This document shows positions 1 through 10,628 of a stretch of 64,000 nucleotides of DNA, one piece after another. A program made the position numbers and the translations under genes. Origin of the DNA: Pelagomonas calceolata (lineage: Eukaryota). The stretch is from NCBI GenBank assembly GCA_918797485.1, contig CAKKNE010000003.1, positions 1,798,001 through 1,862,000 of the forward strand, read 5' to 3'. Below the pieces are notes generated by a model that ran no database searches, was not told where the DNA came from, and worked only from the letters and a program-made list of their open reading frames with translations. Each line of letters starts with the position of its first letter. Position 1 is the first letter of the stretch.

Positions 1-558
1 GACGGAGTCCACAACGAGTAAAACGCCGTCGACCATGTTCAAAATGCGCTCGACCTCGCCGCCGAAGTCGGCGTGGCCCGGGGTGTCGACTAAATTGACC
101 TTGACTCCTTTGTAATCAATAGCGGCGTTCTTCGCGAGGATCGTGATGCCGCGTTCCCTCTCTTGATCATTAGAATCCATGACGCGCTCCTGGACCTCCT
201 CGTTGTCCCTAAACACGTTCGACTCCTGGAGCAGGGCGTCGACGAGCGTCGTCTTGCCGTGGTCGACCTGCGTGTGGTACGCTTGTTGTATGCTCGACGG
301 CGTGAGGTTGCGCATTGCGTTGCTGTGGGCGGGCGTCGGGAGCCGCGTTGGCTCGACGGCGTGGAGAATGCACGCGTTTCATGCCTGGCATTGCTTGCGG
401 ACGCTGCGTCGCACGTGTGCCACGATCGCGACGTTGCGCAGGCCCTCGAGCGTCGATGCAGCCATCCTGAGAGGGGCGCTGCTGCGGAGCTGCCTCGCCG
501 GACGAGCAACGCGCGGGCGGCCGCGCGACAGCAGCGCCCTCGCCACGCCGGCGAGCAT
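1..558 (-). CDS. typA: Translational GTPase TypA/BipA, organelle-targeted; 5' part only (exons 415-558 and <1-267, gene runs off the window edge)
   Basis: Splicing out 268-414 gives [19 protein letters not shown]...[18 protein letters not shown]...[31 protein letters not shown], the TypA G-domain signature. N-terminus is R/A-rich and transit-peptide-like. Start codon uncertain. Confidence 0.9.
268..414 (-). other. Spliceosomal intron (147 nt, GT-AG) in typA
   Basis: gtgcga...cacgcag; removal restores AHVDHGKTT. Contains two copies of CACGCCGTCGAG. Confidence 0.9.
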
Positions 559-992
559 CGTTATTCTTGCAATCGTGCCGCGTCGCATTGTCCGATGCTG
601 CACGACTGCAATTTTGTCGATGAGCAGAGCAGCACCTCGTCATTGCCAGCGGGCGGCACTGCTACCCTCGCCAATCCGCGCAAAGAGGCGTGCTTGCACT
701 TCTGTACAGGTCCATGTACCGGATCAAGGAGCCTCAGCAGCAACCGAACGAAGATAGTCAACGCGGGCCGCGGCCGCGCTTCGGCATAGTCGTCGGCCAT
801 GGAGAGAGAACGCAAGTGAACGATTCTAAACTGACGCATCGCCTCCTCTGGTGGGAGAGCTCCCTGTTTCGTGCGGGCAGCCGCACGTGCGCCGCCGCGC
901 CGCCGCCTCCTTCTGGGCAGGCTTGCAATTGGACATTGCCTCACAAAGCCGAGTATTAAGGCCAACATTGGTCGACATCAGGCAGCAAAAAA

Positions 993-2849
993 ATGGTCGC
1001 ATGGGCTGGAATCATTGGTGCTGCCCTCTTCGGCCGCGCGGCCGCGCAGGTCGGCTCGTGGCAGACGCTCGCCGGCTATATGTCGGCCTCGGACGTTGAG
1101 CAGCACTCGAAGATCGACCTCGACATGCAAGAGTTTGAAGACAAGGTCGGCGAGTACGACACCAACGCAAACTGGATCACCGAGGCCATGTTTATCTACG
1201 AGAACGGCGGCAACGGCCTTTGCGTGACCGCCAACGAGAACGGCATCGGCTGCGAGGTGGGTTGGCCCCGGGGCAATTCCCTCAAGGCCACCTCGATCCG
1301 CACGCTCAAGGGCTTCGCGATCAAGGATTACTCGACGGACAAACTCACTGGCGCGGATGGTGGCAAGTACGGCGAGCAGTTGCCCCCGATCTACACGGCG
1401 TACTGGGCGGCCAACGGCTACAGCGCGACGGAAGCCGCCTTTTGGGCCGATACGTTCATCACGAAGGACTACTCCGCGATATCCAAGGACAGCGGGACGA
1501 ACCAGCTGATTAAGAAGGGCGCCAACTACCAGGCGGTCTGGATGTACGTGATCCACGAGCTCGAGGACGCCATTGGCGACTGCTTCGCCGGCGACATCAC
1601 CGCCAACGACGGCACCCCGACCGGCGGCGCGCCGCACGCGTGGGACGAGGCCTGGGCCTTCTACGCCGGCTCTCAGGTCGCGGCGACGGCGGCCGACTCC
1701 GTCGTGGACGACGGTACGCTGATCTGGGAGCTCGCGGAGAAGCGCGGCAAGGATTTCGGCACCACATACGCCACTGGCCCCGCCACGGTGAATGTCAATC
1801 TCCTAGCCAAATTTATTGAGGGCCGCGATCGCATCATTGCTGGCCAGTGCCTCGAGGCCGAGCCCATCGTTGATGAAATCATCAAGCAGATGTCGATCCC
1901 GCTCATCCAGGGCACGCTCAAGTACGCGTACCAGGCGGACCCGGCCAACTCCGCCGGCGATTGCGCCGGCGATGCCGGCAAGAACGCCCTGACCGCTACC
2001 GACGGTTGCGTCAAGTCGTGGGCCGAGGGCTGGGCCTTCGCCGCGGCCATTCTCCCGCGGATCGACCAGTGCTCCTCGACGGCGGCGGCCACGATCAAAA
2101 CGAACATCGACATCGCGGCGGCGACGCCGATGGCGGGCGGCTTCGCGGCGGTCCAGTCGGCGATCGAGTCGACGTACGCGTGCCTGGGCATCACGTGCGC
2201 CGACGTCGGCACGCGAAGCGGCTTCGCGGCGTGCATCGACCCAACCAACAACGACTGGGGAACTGGAAATGGCTGGTGCATGTCTGACCTCGACAAAATG
2301 ATTGGCAGCACGTCAGATGCCGGCGCCTGCTGGACAATGTGCGAGAATACGTATGGCTCCGACCTCGTGGCCATCGACTGGACGCCGGACGGGGATTGCT
2401 ACTGCCAAGACGCCTGCGAGTGCATGGACGACACGGAGGACAGCGATCATCACGTCATCACGTCGAGCGCCGTCGCATCGCTTCCCAACGAGTGCGTGTC
2501 GGCGTGTCCCGCGGAAGAGACGGCTTTCCAAGACTGCGCCAGCAAGCAACGAAGCCTCGACGACGACTTCTTTGCCGACGACGACGGCGACAACGACGAC
2601 AACTTTTCGCCGAATACCTGCGCCGACGTACAGCAACATCTCTCGAACGGAGAGTGCGAGGGGCCCGCCGTCTGCCAAACGGAGTACCAGGCGTGGGTCG
2701 AGTGTCATTATGAGGACATGGCCCAGAGCTTCCTAGGCCTCACGTGCGACTTATCCTGCTCCGGCAACCTCGGCAGCGACGCCGCTCAGCGAACTACCGC
2801 TGCCCTGGGCACCCTCCTCGGCACCACCGTTCTCCTCCTCGCGTTGTGA
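993..2849 (+). CDS. Low-iron-inducible periplasmic protein (FEA1 / ISIP2 phytotransferrin-like) with Cys-rich extension and C-terminal hydrophobic anchor
   Basis: Signal peptide; motifs WMYVIHELEDAIGDC, HAWDEAWAFYAGS, LAEKRGKDFGT, IPLIQGTLKY; hydrophobic end TLLGTTVLLLAL. Confidence 0.75.
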   Translation: MVAWAGIIGAALFGRAAAQVGSWQTLAGYMSASDVEQHSKIDLDMQEFEDKVGEYDTNANWITEAMFIYENGGNGLCVTANENGIGCEVGWPRGNSLKATSIRTLKGFAIKDYSTDKLTGADGGKYGEQLPPIYTAYWAANGYSATEAAFWADTFITKDYSAISKDSGTNQLIKKGANYQAVWMYVIHELEDAIGDCFAGDITANDGTPTGGAPHAWDEAWAFYAGSQVAATAADSVVDDGTLIWELAEKRGKDFGTTYATGPATVNVNLLAKFIEGRDRIIAGQCLEAEPIVDEIIKQMSIPLIQGTLKYAYQADPANSAGDCAGDAGKNALTATDGCVKSWAEGWAFAAAILPRIDQCSSTAAATIKTNIDIAAATPMAGGFAAVQSAIESTYACLGITCADVGTRSGFAACIDPTNNDWGTGNGWCMSDLDKMIGSTSDAGACWTMCENTYGSDLVAIDWTPDGDCYCQDACECMDDTEDSDHHVITSSAVASLPNECVSACPAEETAFQDCASKQRSLDDDFFADDDGDNDDNFSPNTCADVQQHLSNGECEGPAVCQTEYQAWVECHYEDMAQSFLGLTCDLSCSGNLGSDAAQRTTAALGTLLGTTVLLLAL

Positions 2850-2980
2850 GCACGACAATTCAACGAAGGTCAAGAATTCAAGTTCTTCATCGCAGTTCCG
2901 AACTGCCTCTGCGCTTCGACTCTCCCTCAAGTGCCCTCCTCATGTCCAGAGCTAAAATCTAATAAGCTAGATAACTAAAG

Positions 2981-4432
2981 TTAAGACGTCAGCACCAGCG
3001 CCCCGAGCACCGCAACGACCGCGACTAAACAAGCGGGAGAAAACGCCGCCGGCGCCGCGGAGATAAGACCCGGCGCGACCGTCGCACCGGCAAACGCCTC
3101 GAGACCTTCGCCGTCGTAGGATAACGCCGACGCCACCTCGACCGGCCCCGGACTGATCGAAGCGCCCGCGGCCGCGAGCCACCGCCGGTCGCGCTTCAAA
3201 AGTAACTCGCGCGCGCTTTCGGGCGAATCTTTACCAGTAGCGTTCTTGACGGGCGCGAAGTCGTCGCCTCGCGTCCCTTCCAGCACCCGAAACTTGTCCG
3301 CGAACGGAAAAGTGTCAAAAATGAACAGCTCGAGCTTGATGCCGTTTGGCGTGGAAGGCGCACTGTCATGCACATTTGGTATTTTTTTGTGCGCGACGTG
3401 CAGCGGTAGTTTATCAACTAACTCGATACACTTTGCCAGAAATGCGATAGCAAAGTAGTTCACGCAAATATGAGAGGAACCGAACAGCAGGCGGCCCCGC
3501 GCATCGACGCTCTCCGCCGTTTGTTGAGAGATCTCCGAGTACTCGACGACGCGCACTCGACCATCACATTGCGCCAGGACTCCCACTTTTTCGTGCGCGT
3601 GGCCCTTCGGGACGACCTTGCTCGCGCAGTCGGCGCCTTCACTGCCACAGAAGCCGATGAATTCGGGGTCTCCGACCTTGACGAGGGCGTTGTCGACGCA
3701 GTACTGGTAGACGTGCTTTATGTTTCGTGCTTGCATGTCTTGTAACGCGCCCGAGTCGCGGAGCGCGTCATACACACCACCATTCCCGTTCGGCGGGACC
3801 GCTACTCGACATTTCGTCTCCAACGCTATACTACCATCATCGAGAAAGGCCGGCGCGACGCCCTGCTCGAAGAAGAAGACTTGGGTAGGTTTCAGGCCGA
3901 AGAAGCGTTGTTGTCTAAAGTAATTTCTCGTCTCTGCGTCGGTGGCGGCCGAGGTCATGACGTACCAGGGGATCGAGCCGGGTGGAGCCTTCGCTAGGCG
4001 CTCCAACGCCAGCAGCCGCTCACCTTGCAAACGGAATAACGATTTCCTAGATGGGAGTCGCACGTCGAACATGCCCTTGGGCCTGTCGAAACCGAGCCGC
4101 GTGCCCTGGCCGCCCGCTAGGAGTAGAATGGCGACCTCGCCGCGGCGACATGCGTCGAGGCCGGCTTTTCTCCATCCTTCTCGCTTCGCTCGTGGCGCGG
4201 TCGCGAGGCGCTCGATCTGATTTGTGTCGAGCGGTGCCGGTGGCCCTGCCTTATCGGGTGGTGGGTTCTTGGCGCGTTTGTACATCGCCGACGCTTTGGC
4301 GGGGTCTATGCTACTAATTTGGTCCAGCAGTTGCTTTTGTGCGGCGGCGTCGAGCTCGTCGACGTACTGCAGGCAATGCCCTTGGCCGGCTGCGGTCCAT
4401 TGCTGGCGCAATGCATCGATGGACTGCGCCAT
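2981..4432 (-). CDS. UAP1: UDP-N-acetylglucosamine pyrophosphorylase
   Basis: LLAGGQGTRLG..PKG, PNGNGGVY, YCVDNAL, VVEYSE, GIKLELFIFD, FAPVKNA. Start taken at MAQSID. Confidence 0.9.
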   Translation of the reverse strand: MAQSIDALRQQWTAAGQGHCLQYVDELDAAAQKQLLDQISSIDPAKASAMYKRAKNPPPDKAGPPAPLDTNQIERLATAPRAKREGWRKAGLDACRRGEVAILLLAGGQGTRLGFDRPKGMFDVRLPSRKSLFRLQGERLLALERLAKAPPGSIPWYVMTSAATDAETRNYFRQQRFFGLKPTQVFFFEQGVAPAFLDDGSIALETKCRVAVPPNGNGGVYDALRDSGALQDMQARNIKHVYQYCVDNALVKVGDPEFIGFCGSEGADCASKVVPKGHAHEKVGVLAQCDGRVRVVEYSEISQQTAESVDARGRLLFGSSHICVNYFAIAFLAKCIELVDKLPLHVAHKKIPNVHDSAPSTPNGIKLELFIFDTFPFADKFRVLEGTRGDDFAPVKNATGKDSPESARELLLKRDRRWLAAAGASISPGPVEVASALSYDGEGLEAFAGATVAPGLISAAPAAFSPACLVAVVAVLGALVLTS

Positions 4433-4531
4433 CGGACGCGGCCGCGTGTTGAGCAATGCGTCTCGTATTTCTGGGATGCACAGGCGAGACGAGCCAGCCA
4501 TTTGCCGGCTCGAGGCTCGAGCAGGCTGGCT

Positions 4532-4553
4532 CTAGTGTCTTACAGCCTGCTAG
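4532..4553 (+). promoter_or_regulatory. Copy of the intergenic dyad element (CTAGTGTCTTACAgcctGCTAG)
   Basis: Matches the recurrent consensus; lies between divergent UAP1 and MgtE starts. Confidence 0.6.
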
Positions 4554-4810
4554 GTCTGCATGCATCAACCCAATCCTTGCCTCACACGTTCAAGGACGCG
4601 TCTCGGCGCGCGAGACCATTTCGTATCGTGCGGGACTCGAAAATGCAGCATCTGTGGGCCGCACACTCTCCCAATCCCAAGCTGTGCACGGAAGCGCATC
4701 GCTCGAAAACACACCTTTGACATCCGTGCCTGTCCGTCCAGCAACGAAGGGCTGCCTCTTTGGCTCCAGCTGTGGTGGCTGCTAGTCTGAACACAACAGC
4801 ATAGTACATC

Positions 4811-5446
4811 ATGTCCGCGTCCGCGCCGCTCCTGCCCTCTGTGGCGAAGGAGCTCCCCGACACCGCAAGAGACGCCTACGCGGCAGCCACGGAGGACGTG
4901 CAGACGCGATTAACAAGGCGCCTGCCGCCTCTGGTATTAACGTTGTGTATTGAAATGGGAAATGCGGCCATCATCATGTCCTACAGCGGCGAGCTGCTGC
5001 GATATCCGCTGCTGGTCGGATTTATCCCCGTGATCTCCGCGCTGGGCGGCAACATCGGCCTCCAGTCGTCGTCAATCACGACGCGCGCGCTCTCGCACGG
5101 CCTTGCATCCGCAGATGAAGCGACAGCAACCATACGGCACGAGATGAGCGCCGTCGTGTTTTTGTCGGCGGCGCTGTCCGCGATGCTCTTCGCCATCGCG
5201 GCGACGTGGCGATCGATACAGACCTCGGAACTGGACTTTGGCTTTGGCTTCGTTGTGGCATTATCACAACTCGTGTCAGCTATCATGGGCGGGTTCTTAG
5301 GCGTCCTGACGCCGCTCTTCTACCGGTATATGGACATGGACCCCGCGTCGAATGCCGGGCCGCTGGATACCGCGGTCCAGGACGTGCTCGGCAACAGTCT
5401 TTTCCTCGCGACCGCGGGGTGGCTCCTTAATGTGTTTGGCTATTAG
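4811..5446 (+). CDS. MgtE/SLC41 divalent cation transporter (membrane domain only)
   Basis: FIPVISALGGNIGLQSSSITTRAL and DPASNAGPLDTAVQDVLG; about 5 TM helices. Confidence 0.85.
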   Translation: MSASAPLLPSVAKELPDTARDAYAAATEDVQTRLTRRLPPLVLTLCIEMGNAAIIMSYSGELLRYPLLVGFIPVISALGGNIGLQSSSITTRALSHGLASADEATATIRHEMSAVVFLSAALSAMLFAIAATWRSIQTSELDFGFGFVVALSQLVSAIMGGFLGVLTPLFYRYMDMDPASNAGPLDTAVQDVLGNSLFLATAGWLLNVFGY

Positions 5447-5451
5447 TCATT

Positions 5452-6423
5452 TTATGTGGGCTTCGGCGTCGGCGCGAACGTCTCGAACGTGGGCACCGGC
5501 GACTCCGAGGGCTGGGCCGTCGTAGGCCCGGGCGTCGGCCGGATCGTCGGCGGCGAGCTGGGCCGCGGCGTCGGTCTAGCTGTCCGAAACAATTCGTCCG
5601 TGGCCGCGCCCCACTCCGGGCCGCAATTACCAGGACCGTGCTTGTCCGGGTAGACGGACCCGCACTGCGTCGCGTTGATGCGGAGGTGCGGCGCGAGGGC
5701 GTGCGGCGTGCCGATCATCGACCCGCGCATCGTGAAGACACTGGAAGGGTCGAAGTCCGCCCACCAGGACTTGATGGAGTTCTCGTCCGCGTCCCTGGAG
5801 AAGAAGCGCGCCGCGCCGTACAAATCGCCTCGACTATTCGCGTCCGGGTCGCCCCGCAATCGTACACAAAAATAGTCGCCCGCGCGAGCCGCGATCCTCA
5901 AGTCGTGCGTAACGTCACAAGACCTAGGATTGCCGTCCCACAGGAGGTCGGGGTCTCCGGTCCACCGACACCGCTCGTGGCCGCCGGTCGGTTGGACGTC
6001 CCAGGCCACCGCGTCCTCCGGGCGTGAAGAATCGCAGCCCGGCTCCACAATTACAACCATGTTCGCCGGGAAGCCGTCCGGCGTGAGTCGCAGCTCCGCT
6101 GACGCGACGGCGTCCTCGGACAGGTCCCTGACATCAAATCTTAAGTAGGTGACCCTATCTCCCATCTCTCTCGCTCCACAAATACCGCTGTCGGCGAAGT
6201 GGTCCGTCGGTTTGCTGTCGTACGAGTGGGAATTGCCTCTTACATACAAGTACGGTTCCGTGTGGTGGAGCTCGAACTTGGCGTAGCAGGCAGAGGCGTA
6301 GGTGTCTCCTTCTGTATACTTCGTGTAGTCGGCCAGGGGCCGCTCGAACTCGTTCTGGCAGCCCTCGGCCGTGCACCATGCTGTTGTTTGTCGGAGGAGG
6401 GTGAGGAGCAGGATGGTCTTCAT
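5452..6423 (-). CDS. Secreted protein with DNRLRE/CBM96-like domain and P/T-rich tail
   Basis: Signal peptide MKTILLLTLL; YLRFDVRDL...ASAELRLT motif; PTPRPSSPPT-type tail. Confidence 0.55.
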   Translation of the reverse strand: MKTILLLTLLRQTTAWCTAEGCQNEFERPLADYTKYTEGDTYASACYAKFELHHTEPYLYVRGNSHSYDSKPTDHFADSGICGAREMGDRVTYLRFDVRDLSEDAVASAELRLTPDGFPANMVVIVEPGCDSSRPEDAVAWDVQPTGGHERCRWTGDPDLLWDGNPRSCDVTHDLRIAARAGDYFCVRLRGDPDANSRGDLYGAARFFSRDADENSIKSWWADFDPSSVFTMRGSMIGTPHALAPHLRINATQCGSVYPDKHGPGNCGPEWGAATDELFRTARPTPRPSSPPTIRPTPGPTTAQPSESPVPTFETFAPTPKPT

Positions 6424-6937
6424 CGGTTCGAATTGCTATCGTCGTCGGGCAGCCATTCGGCTCTGATTCAGCATGAATCGCATCTCGCGCTGCAGCGCTC
6501 TCGGCCGCGCGCTTGGGCAGCTATTTGTGTCTCTGCAGCGGCCCTCTCTTGTCTTGGTGTCCCGCGGCGCGGCTGGCGCTTGCAAAAACCAAGACAGAAT
6601 CCTCATTCGAGCCCTTGCATGAGTGGTTTGGAAGACGAGCACGGCTGAAAAAAATTGTCGGGGTGCGCCGGCGTCGACGCGCCTCAAAAGTTGCCTGTTT
6701 TGCCCCAGCGAGAGGCTAGCGGTGCATGTTAGCATAGCCAACGCAGCGAGTCATAGCAGCGCTCGACGAATTTGCAACTGCTGCATCCAGTCACCGGCGC
6801 CGGGTGCATAACTCAGCCGACGAGGCCACTGTGCAGCAGAGGCTATCGCGGCCGACGCGTGCCGACGCGCGAAGGCCCGCGCCTGACAGCGCCGCCGTCG
6901 CCGCCGACGCCACCGCGCGCGCGGAGAGCGCTGCGCC

Positions 6938-8020
6938 ATGACGGGCGCTAGCGGCGACGCCGAGCAGCTCACGCCGGACCACGGCTTAGTGTATTGGAGG
7001 TGGCTCGCTTTTTCCTTCTTCGGCATCATGGTGTCGTTCATCTTATATGGGATCGTCATGGAGTACGCGACGAGTGGGGGAAGGAAACTCCACGAGTTAT
7101 CACTCATTTTCGTCACGTCTTCACTCTACACCACAACAGCCTACGTTGGCAAGACCATCCGGGGAGAGCGACCAACTACTGTACCCACATATAAACTATT
7201 CGTGGTCGCCATGCTAAGCATGGGATCGACCTTCTTCTCCGTCCGAAGTTTGAGGTATGTTATCTTCCCGGTGCAAGTATTAGCCAAGTCCTGTAAACCG
7301 ATCCCGGTCATGATCATGGGCGCTTTTTTGGGCAAGAAGTACCCGCTCAAAAAGTACTTAAATGTGTGCGTCATAGTGGTAGGCATCGCGTTGTTCATGC
7401 TCGGTGGGAACGCCGTCAAGGCCGACGACGCGGAGAAGGGCGGCACGACGATGCTGTTGGGCTGCGTCATGCTGTTTCTGAGCTTATCCTTCGACGGAGC
7501 AACAGGAGCCTACGAAGACAAGATCATGCAGCGCGACCACGTCGGGCCCTTTGAGTTGATGTTCAACATTCAACTCGGCAAGGCTATTCTGGCCTTCCTA
7601 TCTCTGGTGATTTTCAATGAGGTCAACTACTTCCTCCAGATGGTCCAGGAGACGGGGCCCGTACTATTGGCTTTGGGGGTCACGGGTGCCATGGGCCAGG
7701 TGTTCATTTTCGTGACCATCGCCAAATTTGGCGCCTTGATGTGCTCGCTGATCGGGCTGGGGCGGAAGATCGTCACTCTGATCGTGTCCATCATCATCTA
7801 CCAGCACCCCGTCGACACGCAGCAGGGCATCGGGCTGTCAATGGCGGTCGGGGCCATGGTCTACAACTTCGCCGATCGAGGAGGGAAGCGCGCGGCAAAG
7901 AAACCAACGGTGGCCGCGCGCGACGTCGAGGAGGCGGATGGGGTGGAGCTCAAGGGTCTGTTGAGCGCTGAAGGGACGTCGGCGGAGGACGAGAGCGTCG
8001 GCGAGCCCTCGGATAGGTAA
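6938..8020 (+). CDS. UAA-family nucleotide-sugar transporter (SLC35B-like)
   Basis: SLRYVIFPVQVLAKSCKPIPVM, FDGATGAYED, GQVFIF; about 10 TMs. Confidence 0.9.
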   Translation: MTGASGDAEQLTPDHGLVYWRWLAFSFFGIMVSFILYGIVMEYATSGGRKLHELSLIFVTSSLYTTTAYVGKTIRGERPTTVPTYKLFVVAMLSMGSTFFSVRSLRYVIFPVQVLAKSCKPIPVMIMGAFLGKKYPLKKYLNVCVIVVGIALFMLGGNAVKADDAEKGGTTMLLGCVMLFLSLSFDGATGAYEDKIMQRDHVGPFELMFNIQLGKAILAFLSLVIFNEVNYFLQMVQETGPVLLALGVTGAMGQVFIFVTIAKFGALMCSLIGLGRKIVTLIVSIIIYQHPVDTQQGIGLSMAVGAMVYNFADRGGKRAAKKPTVAARDVEEADGVELKGLLSAEGTSAEDESVGEPSDR

Positions 8021-8036
8021 TAATGTGAATTAACGC

Positions 8037-9138
8037 TTACGTAAGATCGGGGAGCTCGTCCGCGTCTTCCAATTTCAAACCCGCGGCGGCCTCGACGACG
8101 GGTTCCGGGAGTTCTACGGAAGCGCACGTGTCCTTGACCGCTAACAATAATTTGGTCGTCCAGGGGTCGAGGCGCTTCACTCTATCATATTCCGCCGCCG
8201 CCGTCGCGACAGCCTCCTCGTCCTGGCTCTCGCACGCCGCGCACAACGCCTCCAGCAAGTCGTGCTCGCGCGTCCCCACGAGCGTGTAGTCTAATGACGC
8301 GTACTCGCCGAGCCTGTGTGGAAATCAACCAGTGAGTTAGGTTATCACACCATCGAGCCGACGCGGCCACGGGGGCAACGTCGCGTCGATGGCGTAGACT
8401 CTTCACGCCATCGCGCAGACGCAGCTACGGAGGCGTGGGGCGCCCGAAATTCGATTTCCACACAGCGCCGAGCAACTTCTGGGCCTTCACCAAATCCTCC
8501 CGCGCCAAACAGCAAAGCACGGAGTACGTGAACCACTTCTTGGCGTTAAATTTGCCGAGGTTCGACTGCAAGGCGGATCGCCCCAAAGCGTCGAACTGTG
8601 TTATAGCGTCGTCATACGCACCTAACCGCGCGGAAATCGTCGCTACTTTCTCCCGACACCCGTCCGCTCTTCTAGGTTGGTTCTCCGCATCGTAAAAATC
8701 CGTAGCTTGTTGATAAGCTTCCACTGCTTCGGGCAACCGGTCCTCGTCGTCATCCTGCTCGATGAGCTCGGCGAGCTTCTTCGACGCGTTGGCCGCCATG
8801 TTGCCCTTGCCCGCACCCGCGAAGACGTCCGCCGCCCGCCTGTAAGCTTCAGAGCACTGTCTTGTGTCCTGCGCCTTCTGGAACGCTTCTCCCGCTCTTG
8901 TTAACACTGAACCGGTATCAAAGTCGGACTTCGTCTTCTCGAACATCTCGGCAGCTCTTAGATAAGCCTTGCCGGCCTCGTCGAAGGACTTGGCCAGCAC
9001 AAACATCTTCCCCGCGTCCTGGAAGCACTCGGCGGCGTCCTCGTACTTCTGGGAACCGCCTCCAAAGAACGAGAACTTCGTGAGGCATTTTTCTCCTTTC
9101 GCCATGAGGTCTACTGCTTTTTTCTGGGCGGCGGCCAT
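8037..9138 (-). CDS. Soluble NSF attachment protein (alpha-SNAP), two exons split by an introner
   Basis: KYEDAAECF, SNLGKFNAKKWF, ...LGEYASLDYTLVGTREHDLL...YDRVKRLDPWTTKLLL; C-terminus ELPDLT. Confidence 0.9.
8314..8465. mobile_element. Introner element (152-bp non-autonomous TIR transposon) forming the alpha-SNAP intron
   Basis: 13-bp TIR CTGTGTGGAAATC / GATTTCCACACAG; exact 8-bp TSD CGCCGAGC at 8306-8313 and 8466-8473. Confidence 0.92.
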
Positions 9139-9292
9139 GCTGATTTTTCCCTGCTTTGGCTGCAGTGCTTTTTTGCTGCGCTATAGTGTTGCTCGCGCTG
9201 GCTGTTGCGCGTCGCAGGCGTGCGGTGGCGTGCGCCGGCGATCGGTACGCACGTTATGCGGCGGATGCGCGCGAGGTCGAGGAGCCCTCTTT

Positions 9293-9314
9293 CTAGTGTC
9301 TTACATGCGCTAGC
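9293..9314 (+). promoter_or_regulatory. Copy of the intergenic dyad element (CTAGTGTCTTACAtgCGCTAGC)
   Basis: Between divergent alpha-SNAP and SpoU starts. Confidence 0.6.
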
Positions 9315-9399
9315 TGCGCCGCGCGTAGCTCTCATTTCGCTGTGGTTTGCACTGTAAAACGGTCTAATTGGCGACTGCGTATTGCAACGACAGCGCGCG

Positions 9400-10448
9400 A
9401 TGAGCGCTGCACGCCAAGGCTGGCTGCAGGCCGCGCTTGGCGCTGCCGCCGGGGCTGCAGCCACGGCCCTGCTTTTACGCGCGCAGAAGCGATCGAATCT
9501 GCACGCGAGCGAAGAACTAGACAGTGCTGATGACCCGCTGAGAAGGTTCAGAAAAACTGAAGCAGTGATCCGCCGCCGCAACAGCCGCGTCGTCGTCGTC
9601 GTCGAGCGCTGCAACGAGTCCCACAACTGTGCTGCTCAGTGTCACTTCCTGCAATCTTTTGGGCTCGCGTCGATGGCGTCAAGCTCCACGCCATCGATGC
9701 GACGCCATCGACGCGACGGTTCCGTTCCCACACAGACAGCGCCGTCCTGCGCACCGCGGAAGCCCTCGGCTACCACCACGTCTGGGTCGTCGCGCCGCCG
9801 ACGCTGGATATTGATGCGGCCATCGCGAAGCGCCAGCCGCGGCGGGCGAAGAACGTCTGGAAGCAGGACGAGGACGATTTGCGCGAGCACGTGGCCTACG
9901 CGAAGCGGGCGAGCAAGTGGCTCCAGCTGCGGTTCTTCGCGGACTCGGACGCGTGCGTGGAAGCGCTCCGCGCCGATGGCCGCGAGATTTGGGTCACGGA
10001 CCTGTCGCAAGCGGCCGTGTGTCTGACGAACGCGAAGATGCGGCTCCCGGCGCGGTTGGCAGTCGTGATCGGCACGGAGTCCACCGGGTGCTCGCCGACG
10101 ATGCTGAGTGCGGCGGACAGGCGGATCTACATGCCGCTGCACGGGTTCGCGGACTCTCTGAACCTGTCGGTGGCCGCGGCGCTTTTGTTGCAGCGTCTGC
10201 AGGATATTGACGATACGGTGGTGGGGGACATGAGCGAGTCGGAACGGACGGCGCTCCGTAGGGAGTGGTATCCGCTCATGCTCCGGCCCACGGACGATCC
10301 CGAGGAAATAGAGCGCCTCGCGGCATCGGGAGGAGTACCGCCCCTCGGCGACCTCCGCCGGACGTCGTCGCACCGCGCGGGGTGGCTGTCGAAGAGCGTC
10401 GTGAAGAGCAACGCGGCGCGGGGGCAGGCGAACGGGATTGGGTCGTAA
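9400..10448 (+). CDS. SpoU/TrmH-family RNA 2'-O-methyltransferase (exons 9400-9628, 9736-10448)
   Basis: Spliced VVVVERCNESHNYSAVLRTAEALG; AVVIGTESTG; YMPLHGFADSLNLSVAAA. Confidence 0.9.
9629..9735 (+). other. Spliceosomal intron (107 nt, GT-AG), probable decayed introner
   Basis: Removal restores HNYSAVLRT. 3' end TTCCCACACAG resembles the introner TIR. Carries CGCGTCGATGGCGT and its reverse complement. Confidence 0.85.
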
Positions 10449-10628
10449 TTATTGTTGTTGTGGTCCATCCGCTGGCTAGATTTCTCGTCTGTGATCAAAG
10501 CACGGGTTTTGCAGTGACTATTTTTGCCACAGCGTGTGCCGCATCCAGCCTTGGCACGCCGTAGCTTCGTCCAAAGGCGCGCCGGGGACTCCAAATCAGA
10601 GTGCCATCGCGCCCGTAGCACTCCGACC

